A DNA stretch of 63,339 bases, counting the filler, from Reticulomyxa filosa (lineage: Eukaryota; Protista; Foraminifera), in the NCBI GenBank assembly GCA_000512085.1. It is 17 parts of 17 records of this genome, joined end to end, with 100 filler letters (N's around TTAATTAATTAA, not from the genome) between each part and the next. Parts side by side here need not be neighbours in the genome. Positions count along the whole stretch, not along the records: positions 22,896 to 30,435 come from ASPP01008601.1; positions 30,536 to 31,822 come from ASPP01004773.1; positions 31,923 to 34,543 come from ASPP01020140.1; positions 34,644 to 43,743 come from ASPP01008053.1; 13 more parts are not named here. The stretch is one strand, 5' to 3'. Every line of letters starts with the position of its first letter. Within the stretch, counting starts at the first letter, position 1. This document shows positions 26,246 to 39,174 of this stretch, piece after piece. The translations under genes and the position numbers were made by a program. The notes under the pieces are model-generated. The model did not search any database. It was not told the DNA's origin and saw only the letters and a program-made list of their open reading frames with translations.

Positions 26246-27954
26246 TCAAGCTGCGCAAAGTCTAAAGAATATACTCAGCGACAACAAATTCAATGGATTG
26301 GAATTCGAACCAACACATTTGCATAAGACTTGCCGCTCACTGATACAATTGGTCGGCGATTGCAGTCCAAACTATTCTGTTATGTCCACACTTCTCAACT
26401 GTCTTTGCTTCGTCGTACAACGGTGCAAAAACGCGATCCGAAAATGTGACTTGGATGAGCATAAACACTGTCTCTCAATGGACGATACCACGACAAACGA
26501 AAACAACAATGAGGATAATTACAACTGTGGCGATAACAATAATAATACTTGCAGCAGCGAAATGAAAAAGGAACATGAAATACAAGAAAATGGTAACATT
26601 ATTGAATGTATTGTTAATGCGATTCCCAAATTATGGACAGAATGCAATTCAACAGATACGAATTTGCTGCAAGTAAGCATCATTGATATGTTAATTCAAT
26701 TGGTGTCTTGCATGACTGTTGGTCAAATTCATCAGTTTTATCCGTTTTTGCTAACCGTGTTAAATCATTCCACAAATCCGACGGCCAAAGATCGACTGTA
26801 TTTGATTGAGTCCGGGGTATCACTATGGAATGAAGTGTTGTATCGGAGTAATTATTTGACGAAAGAAATGCATCAACTATTTTGTTCCCATTGGCTGTTG
26901 TTAATCCAAGATTATTGTCATTGCTTTGAGGAATTGATTGCGATCTTGCGTTGCTATGTCATGATTGGTAGAGAAGATTTTGTCAAAAGACATGGCAAAG
27001 AAATTGGGGAATCCATTTTGACCACACTTCCTCAAATCACCACCGACGAAAACATTTTTTCTTGTGTCTTTGATTTACTTGGTCTTTTCATTTCCTTGTT
27101 CCCGTCACAGTCTCCTATGTTCTTCAAACCCATTATTGATGTGACTTTGCAAGACTTTTTTCAATTGTTCCATCATCAATCCCTCCAACGATCACAACCT
27201 TTTTCTACCTTCAACACAATTGCTGTTGCAGATTACAATGGTCTTCACTCTATTTTTTTTTATTTATTTACAAAAACCAATCACATCCAGGCAATGTACG
27301 ATTACATATTTTATAGATGACACGGAAAGCGATCATGCCAAAAGCGAACATATTACCACTTATGCAATGTTTTATTGTCGATTATTGATTGAAAATGTTG
27401 TGGAGACACTAAATGTCTTGAAAAGCTTGGAAAAAAATGAAACTATAGTTGACATGTTCATTAGATGTTTGTTAGACTGTTCCAATTATGTCAATGTTCC
27501 TTACAAAAAACGCATCTTATGTTTTGGATATGTTAAATTGGTGCAACTGATTTGTACGTACTATGAGTGCGATGAACACAATAATGAAATACTCTTGTCC
27601 TGTCTTCAGGATATTGTTCCTTACTGGTTTTCCCTTATTAACGATTATGAAATTGTCGATTTCAGTGTTTTTGATCACTCTAATTCCAACCTTTCATCTT
27701 CTCAAATCCATCCCAATCAATGGAATCAACATCATCGAATGAACGACCTCATTTGCAAAGACGTCGTCAATCAAACACTTTTGCTTACTTTGTGCAAAAA
27801 CACGATTGAGACTGTATCTAAAACTTGTAACATCACGCCAACGAAATTATTGACTGATATTGGTCGTTCCAAGAATTTGCCTTTATGCAAAATGTGGGAT
27901 TTATTTGTTAACAAATATTCTCAGTATCTCCAAGAGAAAAAAGCAAAAAAATAA
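23583..27954 (+). CDS. IPO11: Importin-beta family karyopherin, importin-11/Kap120-like (multi-exon)
   Basis: IBN_N-like ELRNVPGY...LRFKAMAKFKN...WPQLMSYL. LLQKEAAYFALGLG, IARIMWLFG and STNPTAKDRLYLIESGVSLW parallel importin-11 motifs. Confidence 0.78.
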
Positions 27955-28382
27955 ATGCGAGAACTGGTTTTTAATTTACTGTCTTCATCTCCTTCATGAT
28001 TCTACCAAAAGGGCAATGGTTTATATTTTCTTTTTTGTTTTTTTTAATCTTTAGACCAATTTTATGAGCTTGATTGTCCATGCAAATAAATTAAGCGGAA
28101 GAAAAAATATAATTCGTGTCTTCTTTAACAATCAAATCAATTTCATTGAAATTTTCCCAAAAGCGAGAATATATTAATGAACGTAAAACATTTGGTTGCA
28201 TTTTGAAAAGCAAAGAGACATTGCATGTGTGGAAGAAAAAGGGAAAAACAAACAAACAAAACCAAAAATATAATAAAAAGATAAATATCGATCTTCGTAA
28301 ACAAAAACATTATCACAAACAAAAAAAGTGTGATTTGAATAAAGTTCAAAACACTTTAATCCATACAAAAAAAGAAAAATCG

Positions 28383-30435
28383 CTACACTGGTAACAAATT
28401 ATCCAACATAGACATGGACTGTAAAATAACTTCTGGAAACATATCAATATGTCCACGTTTGTGCACTTGTGCAAGCGCATGCTGAGCGATCAATTTAACT
28501 TTATCAATGTTGCTATGGGGTGCACAGAAGAAGGGGAAAAAAAATGTTGTATTAGGAAATTTTTTTTGTAATTAAAAAAAACACATACACACAGTAAAAA
28601 CAATTCACAAAACAGTGCATATCTCAATCCTACTAAAAACTGGCACAAAATTTCAGAAGGGATGATAAAACGTTTCTTGTATGAATTATTGGGAGCAGTG
28701 GGATACCATTTCCAATTTTTGCAATAAAGTAATGAACGTTCAATAGGCTGTGGAAAATCATTTCGGACAGACGCGTCCATTCCAGATGAACAAATCTTTG
28801 CAATAATTGCACAATATTGTTCTAACACAACATGATCCATTTTAGAAATGTATGAATTGAATAACTGCAAAGCAACATGAATTAATTGTAAATTAGTGTG
28901 TAAATTTCCTTGTTGTAACAGAGGGAAATGGAATGCAAATAAGTCATTTTCGTCTTTTTTATCTTTGTCTTTGTTGTCACCTTTTTCCCCGGGAGTGCTG
29001 CCACTTGCGACTTTTGGTGTTGTCGCCATTACGTCCATATAAAACTCATGAGATTTTCCTCCGTCTCTTTTTTTCCATATTTCCCCCCGTTCCCACTAAT
29101 GTTTGTTTAAATATCTTTTTTTTTTGAAAAAAAGAAAACATGAACATGTGGGATTTACGCACACGAAAAAGATACCTTTGTTTGTGGAGAGGAATAGAAA
29201 CATGTTTGACTGCTAAATTGGACTTGCTATCGGTATGTGCAGAAGAAGCGCGATGTGTGGAAGCGACGGAAGTGATGTTACCAGCAGTTGTGGTAGTAGT
29301 GGAAGTGACGGCAGGAATAAGATGTTGCGTATCAAAAATGTCTTGCAGATCTCGATTGCTTAACAGGGAAGGGATTGGTATATGACTTGGATGAATGACC
29401 GCCTCATTTTGATGAACAACAGTGTCATCATCAATCCAAGCTTTTCTCGGAGTGGTCAAGTAATTATGCGGACAATGAAAGATGCTAGGGAAGTTTAAAT
29501 CTGGCAAGAAAAAGGGGCTGAACACAGTGATCCCTGGTGTTTGGTGTTTGTGCGACAAGGCCATCGTATGTTGTTGCGCTAAGCAGCACTGTTTTTCGCG
29601 TTTATACAACGACAGCAATATCGCCGCAATGCCACCAACGTATCGAACATCCCGACTATAAACACACCACACCAGCACCGGGACCAGTTGTACCGCGAAC
29701 AATTTCACGCTGCAAATATGATTCGTATGACTATTTTCATCGTTGGTTTGGCCTTCCCAAACATCTGTCTGAAACAACAAACAGTCCATTGCAGAATTCG
29801 TGTGTTCTTTATCAGTTGCAATTATACACACGCATATATACACAACAACAACAACAACAACAACAACAAACAACAAAAAAACCTTTTCATCGTCTTTGTC
29901 AGTGTCTTGAAACTCTTCTCCGAGACAATAATGCAACCACTCACAAATGGCCTCGTTTTGTTTGGCCTCTGAAATTTCCAAAATGCGATCACACAGCAAT
30001 AGTAACAACTCAGTGTCTTTACGCAAACATTGATACAAGCGTATTTGAATAAGCATTTCCAAGGTCTTCAAGTAGTCGAGCATGTAGTTCAACGGAATGT
30101 CATTGTCCGAAGTCTTTAGCTGCTCTTTCAATTGGTTCGGCCACTCTTCCCAATTGTTTAACTTTGGCATGGCAACCACCGCCGCCCCTTTGCTATCGCC
30201 TGTGTCTTCCGCGCTCTCATCCGCTGCCGTTGTCATTGTCGCCGCCGTCATCGCTGTCGCTGTCGTCGCCGCTGCTGTCGACGCTGTCGTCGTCCCTGTC
30301 GCTATCGTCGTAGTGCCTAGTCCACTCGTCCCTGTTGTCGCTGCTGGCTTTTCCTTTTCCAATTTCAATGCATTGCGCATTCGTTGCACTGTGCTCTCTT
30401 TTTTACCACCATCTTTCGCTTTTTTTTTTTTTTTT
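28383..30435 (-). CDS. Hyccin/FAM126 family protein (PI4KIII-alpha complex subunit), multi-exon, probably 5'-partial
   Basis: LFAVQLVPVLVWCVY...GGIAAILLSLY, FFLPDLNFPSIFH, FNSYISKM...IAKICSSG and RFIIPSEILCQFLVGLRYALF. The last exon reads AQHALAQVHKRGHIDMFPEVIL, stop at 28383-28385. Confidence 0.85.
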
Positions 30436-31922
30436 NNNNNNNNNNNNNNNNNNNNNNNNNNNNNNNNNNNNNNNNNNNNTTAATTAATTAANNNNNNNNN
30501 NNNNNNNNNNNNNNNNNNNNNNNNNNNNNNNNNNNAAACAAGTCTGAGGCGTTAATGCTGAGCATTACAATTTTCGAAGATGCGATTACATTCTCGTTTT
30601 CACGCAACAGCGACTCCAGCAGTTTCATTAAGTCCGACCCCCATACAAACGCAACAGCAATCCACTCTATGTTAATTCAGCTTGTAATGTTGACCTGTGG
30701 GATAGAGGGGGGGAGGAGGGGGGGAGAAAGCAAAAGATGACATACCACAGTAGTAGATTGGATTGGGTCAATGTGGAAATCATTGTGTTTCTTTTCTTCT
30801 TCTTCTTCTTCAATATCAAAGCATTCATAATTGTTCCCATCACTATGTTCAATTGCTCAGTTGGAATTGGGAGAGAGTGAGGGATGATGGTTCTTTGGTA
30901 TTAGTGTCAGTATTGACTCTTTTTATTTTCTAATGTTCCCGCGATTTCCATGATTCCTTGTTTTTCTTTGGTCCAAGCATTCAACAATTTTTTTCCACGG
31001 ATGTTCTCTTACTTCCCCAATGATCGGAAGATTGCTCCGTACTAGCCGTAGACAGATCATTACGACGTTCCGTATTAGCCACTGTCCGATCAACGCTTTT
31101 TGTAAATATGGAGTCGTTGTTTTTGTGGAGTTGTAGCCGCAGGCACAGTGTTGCCAGGTGGATGCTCCCCATTTTTGTGATTCCGTGGATTTGTTTAAAT
31201 AATCTCTTATTTTTGCAATCTTTTTTTAGGCCCAAAAAGAAATACTTGAATTAGCCACTACTAGCTTGACTATTTTCTTTATTTTTCATGTGTTCTTTTG
31301 CTCGGTGCAAGGAGTGTCAGTAGATGGGATCAGACGTAGTTAGTTGTCCAAAAAATGGGATACGCAAAGTTACGAACAGCTTCCATGGTCACGATCGCAC
31401 CAATAAAATGTTTATCTTGATTTTTTTTTTTTTTTTTTAATTAATAGCCTTTACTGTTTGTAATTGTGATGGCAAATGGCCCAGGCTCGACTTTAATTAT
31501 TGTGAAACCACACAGCTATGAATTATGTGTTTATATTTGAAGCATATTTTTTTGTTATACAATTTACTCGATTGAAAAGTTAAGAGATAAACAGAGAATT
31601 CGCACCCACGAATAGCGGCAAATAACATTTCACGAAATTCGAAATGTACTTTGCAACGTCAAATAGAGTGATTTGCTCCATTAATTCACTGATTACCATG
31701 ACCATGCCCAATTTGCGTATTTTGAGTAATTCCACAGATTTTTTTTCAAAAAATTTCTTGAATGAGGGCAATTTGGTAGATAATTGTCGTGTTTATTGTT
31801 GGAATTTGTAATCTTCCACCGGNNNNNNNNNNNNNNNNNNNNNNNNNNNNNNNNNNNNNNNNNNNNTTAATTAATTAANNNNNNNNNNNNNNNNNNNNNN
31901 NNNNNNNNNNNNNNNNNNNNNN

Positions 31923-32868
31923 TGGATTATCTTTTGTTTCATCCTTCACTTTGATATCAGTCAAAGTGATAGATCCAGACTCTGTAATGATCATTTGTTG
32001 TTTAAGTAATTGACTAATCATTTGAATAAGTTTAATTTGTTTTTGATCATTGGTGAATTGAACATTAATAGATGTGTCCAAGTTAGGAATAATTTGACTG
32101 GATTTTAAAGAATTGATATTAAGATTAGGATCGTCTTGTAATAATTGTTTTAATTGTTCTCTTTTTTGATTGGAATCAATATCAATATCATTAATACATT
32201 GAGCAATTTGTTTATTTTTTGTTTTAAATTGTTGTTCCACATTTTTAACTTCATTTAGTAATTCAGTTAATATTTGTTTTTTTTTATTTTTATACGTATC
32301 GACTTTATTCAATAAATATTCCTCGTGTTTTTCAATTGCATTTATTATCATTTTACAACTTTTGGAAATGTTTTGTTTTGACATTTTGTAATTTTCTTCC
32401 AATTTTACGATTTCTGCGTTTATTTGTCCTACCATCTTTGATACTTCTTTCGATTCTTCGTATATTTTATTCATTCTTTCATGTTCTTTTGGATGCAATA
32501 TTATTACTTGTGGAATGCGTGTCTTCGTGGATTCTTTGTAAACTTTTGTTTCAGGAATTTTAGAAAGTACCTTTAACAGATCTGCACGACTCATTACTCC
32601 AACTTGTGCTTCCTTGCAGACCTCACTGAAATATTTGCAATTTTTTTACTTAGTTATGTTATGTCATGCCACTTTTTTGTTATAAAAGTTAACTCAATGT
32701 CTTTTTCTCTCCATTCCATCAAATGTTCCAAAGTCACTCCAATTGTTTGTAGCGCTTTAGCGGTGTTTTCGGCGTTGATGATTTTATGCTTTTTCATAAA
32801 TTCTTGAAGATTTCCATTGTCAGATTCGTTTTCTCCCTGACACTGGTTGGCTGTATTTGCCCTTCCAT
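31923..32868 (-). CDS. SAM-like domain + coiled-coil protein (3'-partial; intron 32626-32693)
   Basis: Spliced translation LQEFMKKHKIINAENTAKALQTIGVTLEHLMEWREKDIDEVCKEAQVGVMSRADLLKVLSKIP, followed by a B-box-C-terminal-like coiled coil. Confidence 0.6.
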
Positions 32869-33183
32869 CAATATCTGTCAGTGCTTTTTATGGAAAAAAG
32901 GGACTTTGACAAAAAAACGCTTGCGTTTCCCCTCGAAATTTTGGATAATGATCTTTTTTTTTTGTTAGAAAACATTACACCATTTTTGGTTTGTGGACTA
33001 CGTCTAACTGAAGAAATTAAAAATACTAGAAGGAGGACTTTTATGCTTCCCATTAGAATGTTTTTTTTTTTGTTGATGGAACCCGAAACGACAAAAAAAA
33101 AGGAAAATGTGCACAAAGAACGATACACTGGACGACCCAACAAAAACGTATCCGGTTTTTTTTTGGTATTTCTTTGTCCACTG

Positions 33184-34460
33184 CTAAGTTAAAGTTTCGT
33201 TTTTGTCTTTAGCAACAGAAGGAAGATTTTGAGTCGGATTGAGATAATTGTTTGTTTCACTGACAAACAGCTCAATATAAAAACCCAAATCATACCATTT
33301 CCATCGTATAGCCCTTGCAGGCAAATACGTGGTCGGTTCGGTGAACATGACATCTAATTTGAAAATGACTGACTCTAAGCTACTCAAAGCGTTCGAAACG
33401 ACGTGGTGTTGGCTCATGTCATAATAATACAAAAATTTGTACCCACGACTGATCAGCAAATGAGCTTGAACCATTCTATGCACAACAGATTGAATAAACT
33501 CCATATTCACATATTCCGGAACATCATCTTGAAGACCACTCAATTCAATTTGCCTTTTCTCTTCATTTCTTACGTGTTTCAATAGCGTCTTTAATCGATG
33601 GGGTTTGTCAAAGTACTTTGTTTCCAAAAATATGCTCGCATGTTCATGTTGCAAGGCTCTATTTTTATGTTGCAAATAATCAAACAAACTCATTTCCAAA
33701 AAAAAAAAAAAAAAAAAAAAAGGGTATATTTATTTGTAACGATTTAATGCGCCGCTTTTGCATTTTTTGTAAACTGGCAAGGTTCTCTCTTTCCTCTCGG
33801 ACTTTGGCTCTTAGATTGAGAGCCTCTTGATAGGCGCGAAGATAATCAGCTGTGGGTTCTTCCATTTGGATTTTGGTTTTATCCACGCTTTTGGCGGCGT
33901 TTCCGCACGTGTAAAAAGAATTGTGCGTTTGTGTGTTCCATTCGAGCAAGCATACCCAGCAGAAATGGTAGCTGCACTTTTTGCTATAATAAACATCATC
34001 CATCAAACAAAAAGCTGTGTTGCAAAGCATTAAAAAGTTATAAAAAGTTATAAAAAGTTATAAAAAAAAAAAAGAATAAGTTAGAAGATACCACATAATG
34101 TGGTTGCATCCTCCATCTTTTTCCCATTGAGCAGAGCATTTTGGACAGGCTTTTGTCTCCACCATCATGTCGATTTGGCGACCTTCAAACTCTGGCAATC
34201 GGGGCATATCAGGTAAGTTCAATTTGTTCGGCGTTCCAGTTTTCGTGTCGTAATTGGCATTTTCTTCGCACGTCAACGGCCAATGGAATTTATTGATGCA
34301 CAGCGAGCTTGATCAGAAGAACAAACAAACAAACAAGTTGGACCTACGAGTTGCAGACTTTTCCAAGTCGACAGAGTGAGCAATCATACCAAAATGGAAC
34401 GCCACAAATGCAAGGAAGAAGTGGAACAGCCTTTGACACCATCATTGCAGCACCGCATTC
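33184..34460 (-). CDS. RBR (Ariadne-type) E3 ubiquitin ligase, 3' part, multi-exon
   Basis: IBR end C...HWPLTC. RING2 TKACPKCSAQWEKDGGCNHIM...CSYHFCWVCLLEW...HNSFYTC with the catalytic Cys. Helical Ariadne-like tail LISRGYKFLYYY. Confidence 0.88.
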
Positions 34461-34707
34461 TATTTCAAACAATATATATATATATATATACGTATACACA
34501 TATATATATATGTATAGTATATATATATATAATATATAATATANNNNNNNNNNNNNNNNNNNNNNNNNNNNNNNNNNNNNNNNNNNNTTAATTAATTAAN
34601 NNNNNNNNNNNNNNNNNNNNNNNNNNNNNNNNNNNNNNNNNNNAAAAAAAAAACCGGAGTGAATTTTTATGTACTATACTTTGTTTCCATAAAATGCACA
34701 AATAGTT

Positions 34708-36493
34708 ATGAGATCATGGTGTGTTCCTGAGGAATCATATTTGAGCCATAATGTATCATCATATGCGTTTAATTCCAACACAGAGACTTTGGATCGTGCG
34801 ATTGGAGACTTGGACACTGCGAAATGGCTTTTGTTTGCGAGTGCATTTATTGCAATAGTCATTTCGTTTATTTATATCAAATTTATCAGCTACTTGGGCC
34901 GTTGTCTGGTCATATTGTCTATCATCGGTACATTTGTGGGCGGAGTGTTTGTCGGATTATGGCTGATCAAAGATGGGTCCAACAATATGGACTCTGACGA
35001 AACAAAAAATACTGGACGAGCCGAAATTGCTTTGGGAGTCATTGTTTTCGTGCTATTGTTTTGCTTCTTCTTGGCATTATTTTGGATGAGGTCAGTTTGT
35101 TTTTATCCCTTTTTATTGTTTGGCCCCTTTTTTGTTTTCAAAGTTTTTTTTTTTTTTGCTCAGAAAAAGGATCGAATTAGCATTTAGTATGTTGAACGAA
35201 GCATCTCGAGCTGTCCGTGATATGCCCACCACTGTGTTGTTTCCAGTGTTGTACTCATTTGTTGGTATTGCATACATGGCATTTTGGCTCTCGGTTGCGC
35301 TGTACATTTACTCGTCCAAACAACGCGATACGTATAACACTCCCGAAGATTTAGTCAAATATTTTGGGGATACGTATATTCATGTCAATTTTAACAAAGA
35401 ATTGAAAGTTACAATTTCTTGTGGTGTTTTTGTTTTTTTTTTTTTTTTTGAATGGATGTCTTACAACTTTTTTGAGAGCAATAAGCAAACAAAAATAATT
35501 ATTAGGATGCTTTAGTGTATCATTTCATTTGCTTGGTTTACATGATTCAAGTAATTGTTTATTTTGGATTTATGGTATTGGCGGGTACATTTGCAGATTG
35601 GTATTTCTCCATTTGGGACAGTACCCATACCCGCAAAATTCGTGGTCACTCCACTGCCGAACTATCGCATGCACCTATCATCGAATCTTTGTTCAGGTTT
35701 GTTGTTTTTATAGTTTTCTTGCCCTCCCCCTCTTGTGCAGGAGCAGTAAACAAAATAATGCACACTTTTTAAAATTGACAGAGTGATCCGATTTCATATT
35801 GGATCCTTGGCATTTGGCGCACTGCTTATCACACCTGTTCGAGTAGTTCGTTGGACTCTATTGTACATTCAAAAGAAGACCCAAAATGCTCAAAATCCTT
35901 TGACCAAATGCTTATTGGGATGCGCGGATTGCTTTTTGAAGTGTTTTGAGTGCATCATTGATAAAATCAACAAAGAGGGATTCATCTTTACCACTATCTA
36001 TGGAACTAACTTTTGCTATTCGAGTATTATTGCTATCAAATTGATTTGGAATAATGCAATGAGGGCTGCATTGGTTGAGGGCATAAGCCATTATATGGAA
36101 TTGTTTGGTCGCTTGGCTATCGCATCGCTTACTACCGGTCTTTGTTTGGCCATTTTCAGTGAAGCCAGTTATTATCGCGACAATTTGTCATCAGTGTTGC
36201 TCCCAGGATTAGTTATGTTTCACAAACAACTTTGCCTTTATTCATTAAATACTATGTTTTTTAAACGTACATTATTATTATATTAATTTTATTTTGTTTG
36301 CTGAAACATGATGTAACAGGTAGTGTTTATTGTTTCTTATATGATCGGAAGTTTGTTTATGTTGGTCTACGAAGTTGCAGTCGATACTATCTTTTTATGT
36401 TATTTGGTTGATGAAGAAACTCATCCAGAGGGACCAAAATTTGCTCACGCCGAATTGACTAAGATGACCAGCATTCGCAAACATTCCGTCTAA
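34708..36493 (+). CDS. Choline transporter-like protein (CTL/SLC44 family), 5'-partial, at least 4 introns
   Basis: RIELAFSMLNEASRAV, RFHIGSLAFGALLI, CFLKCFECIIDKINK, IYGTNFCYSS and VYEVAVDTIFLCYLVDEE. Confidence 0.93.
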
Positions 36494-39174
36494 TGTCTTT
36501 TTTTCTTAATATTTTTATTGACAAGTAGTGTTGCTTTTCAGGTTGGACTCCAATTACTGTGTCTTTTTTAATTGACACCACTAATTTTTGTTTTTTAATT
36601 ACTTACATTTATTTATTTGTTTTTGTTTCCAACCAATTTTGCTCGACGCAAATCAATTTTATCTTTTTTGTCGGTGAAAAACATATTTTTGTGATACAAC
36701 TCTTTCGTCTGACTTTTTTTCTTCATATTTGAAATATGCAGAGAAAACATACTTGGTATTAAAAAAGTATAATATAACATTTTTATCTACATCATACAAA
36801 GGCCAAGCCTGTAAAGCAATGCAAATTCTTTTAAATGATGCAAATTTATTTTTTCTTTCATTGATTACAAATTGCTTTTCTTGTAAAGACAAATATTATG
36901 ACTTTGGGCAAAGACTTTTTATTTACATTTTTTTTTATTTCAAAAATTCTTCTGTCTAATTCATAAACTTTTACCGCTAGTGTTTCAATTATGCAATTGC
37001 ATTCATAACATAAACCGCTTCTTTCTTTTCTGGTCTTCTGGTTCTTTAACGGTTTCTTATCTTCAATGACTTGATTTACTCCTAATTTTTTTGATTTTAC
37101 AGGTTTAATTGCAATATGATCATTAGTTTCTTATCTTTTTCTTTTATTTGCAATTGATGGCAAATAATTCTTTCAATGTCATTTGTCTTTGCACTTGCTT
37201 TTTTTTATTACTGGATAACTCATTACCCTTAACAATAATTTTTTCTTGTCCAATTTTTCAATGTTTTGTGATATATACAATGAATTAGGAAACTTCGATT
37301 TACTTTACATCCAATTTTGGAACAAATAACTTTCTTTGAGATTGCATAGTCTAATTGAGACTCTTGATAGATACTAAGAATATCTTCAATAAATTCATCA
37401 AAACGCTTGACCTTGGACCGATTAAATTTACTTTTTGTTTTAAGTTTCTTCCGTTGACTGCAATTTTTCAAGAATATTGAAATTAATTTTTTCGTTACCA
37501 AAATTTTTAATTCAAAATCTGATTCATTCGTTATTGTTGTTTGTCATTTAATAGTTTTACAAAAAAACTTGATTGACCCCTGTTAACAATAAAAATAATT
37601 TTCTTTGTTTATATTATTACAAGTAATTCAAAGTCAAAAACTTACAAAATTTCAACTTTTAATTAAATTTTAATTTAATTTGATTGCCATATTCTGCTTT
37701 ACTTTGAAATATACTATCAATATGTACTTTGTTTTCTTTCGTTATATGTATTGCTATTGCTACTGTGACTCTTTTGGTGTGTCCTATCTCTTGTCTCAGA
37801 AGTCATCTTTCAGTTGGACTTCTCACGTCAACAACAAGGTTTAGTAATCAAAGAACTTGAAGATTCTCTGAAATAAGGAGTCTGTAAAATTGTGGTATTT
37901 GACAAAGCTACTTTGAACAACTATTTACACATCAGTAAAAATCAAAAAGCACAAATTGTATTTTTATGGAAAAAAAGACTGTCAAGTATTTCTTGGTACT
38001 GTCACAAGTTAAGTAAAACGATATCAACATTGAAATAAGCTACTAAATAAAACTCAAAAGTTTCTATATCAATAAAATTATTTAAAAAAACTAAAAAAAA
38101 AAGCGCTATCACAGATAAATGCTACAAACCAAATCTAAGAATTTGACGAACATAATCAGTCATTCAAGATCTAACTACATAACAAACGACACTTAATCTT
38201 ATATTTTTTATTTTTACATTTATTTATCAATAAATTTATTTATCATAGTTTTAAAATTAAAAAAATTTTTGATTACAAAATAAACAAAGTAAAACAACGT
38301 TGACACTAAATCAAAAACGATAATTCAATATGAAAAAACAATGACATATGTAAAAAGAAAAATAGTCCAAAAGTACTCAGAAATTTCCCAAAAAACAAAA
38401 GAAAAATTAAAAAGAAATTTTATGATCAGTCGACGCCAGAGTCAACGCTTAATTTTAACATTTTTTTACATTTTTAATTTTTAATTTTTTTTAAATTAGA
38501 AACATTTATATACTTGTCGCTAGCGCACAGTTTGCAAATTCAATTTGCGGATTATTCTGGCTAATACATTTTACGAATTTTGACGAACAAAATGAAAAGG
38601 ATTATTAAGCAATGAAGAAAAATTAGTTCGTTTGAATTTATTTTTCATATTTTCTAAAGTATGGCCTGTAAGTTATTTTCAATTCAAATTTGAGAGATAG
38701 CAACCTGCCAAAGTATTGAATTGTGTAGTACTTTGTGATGCTGATGAACGGCGTTATTTGATCATTCCGTTGTTGTCTTGTTTTGGGACTTTGAAGCTAC
38801 TCATTTTGGCAGAGAGATCTTATTTTGCTTTACGGTTAATCAAACTAAAAAATTTCACAATAGTAATAGTTATCTTGTTGATTGAGCAAGGATTTTTGCA
38901 ACGCACTAATTTTAATTTTTAATAAATGAAAAATACAACCACATAACAAAGTTCTGATCAAAACCAAAAAAAAACACATGATAAAATCCCGAATGAAAAG
39001 TGTCCACTCAAGCATCAATCAAGCCTTTTTTGCTTCCTGTGCTCTGAAATCCATAACACGGACAACAAAAACCAACCAAACAAAAAGTAAACAAAGATAA
39101 TAAATTGGTAGTCCCTTTGCAAAAACTGAAAATTTTTGTTTGCTTGTCATTCTCTTATATTGTTTTAAGAAGAT

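Noticed and set aside
30536-31822. Coding-like fragments on the minus strand
   Set aside because: No coherent gene model or family could be supported.
34029-34066. 10-bp tandem repeat (TAAAAAGTTA)x3
   Set aside because: It is an intronic slippage repeat in the RBR gene with no sign of function.
36950-37900. Possible retroelement remnant
   Set aside because: No RT, endonuclease, integrase or terminal-repeat signature is recognisable.
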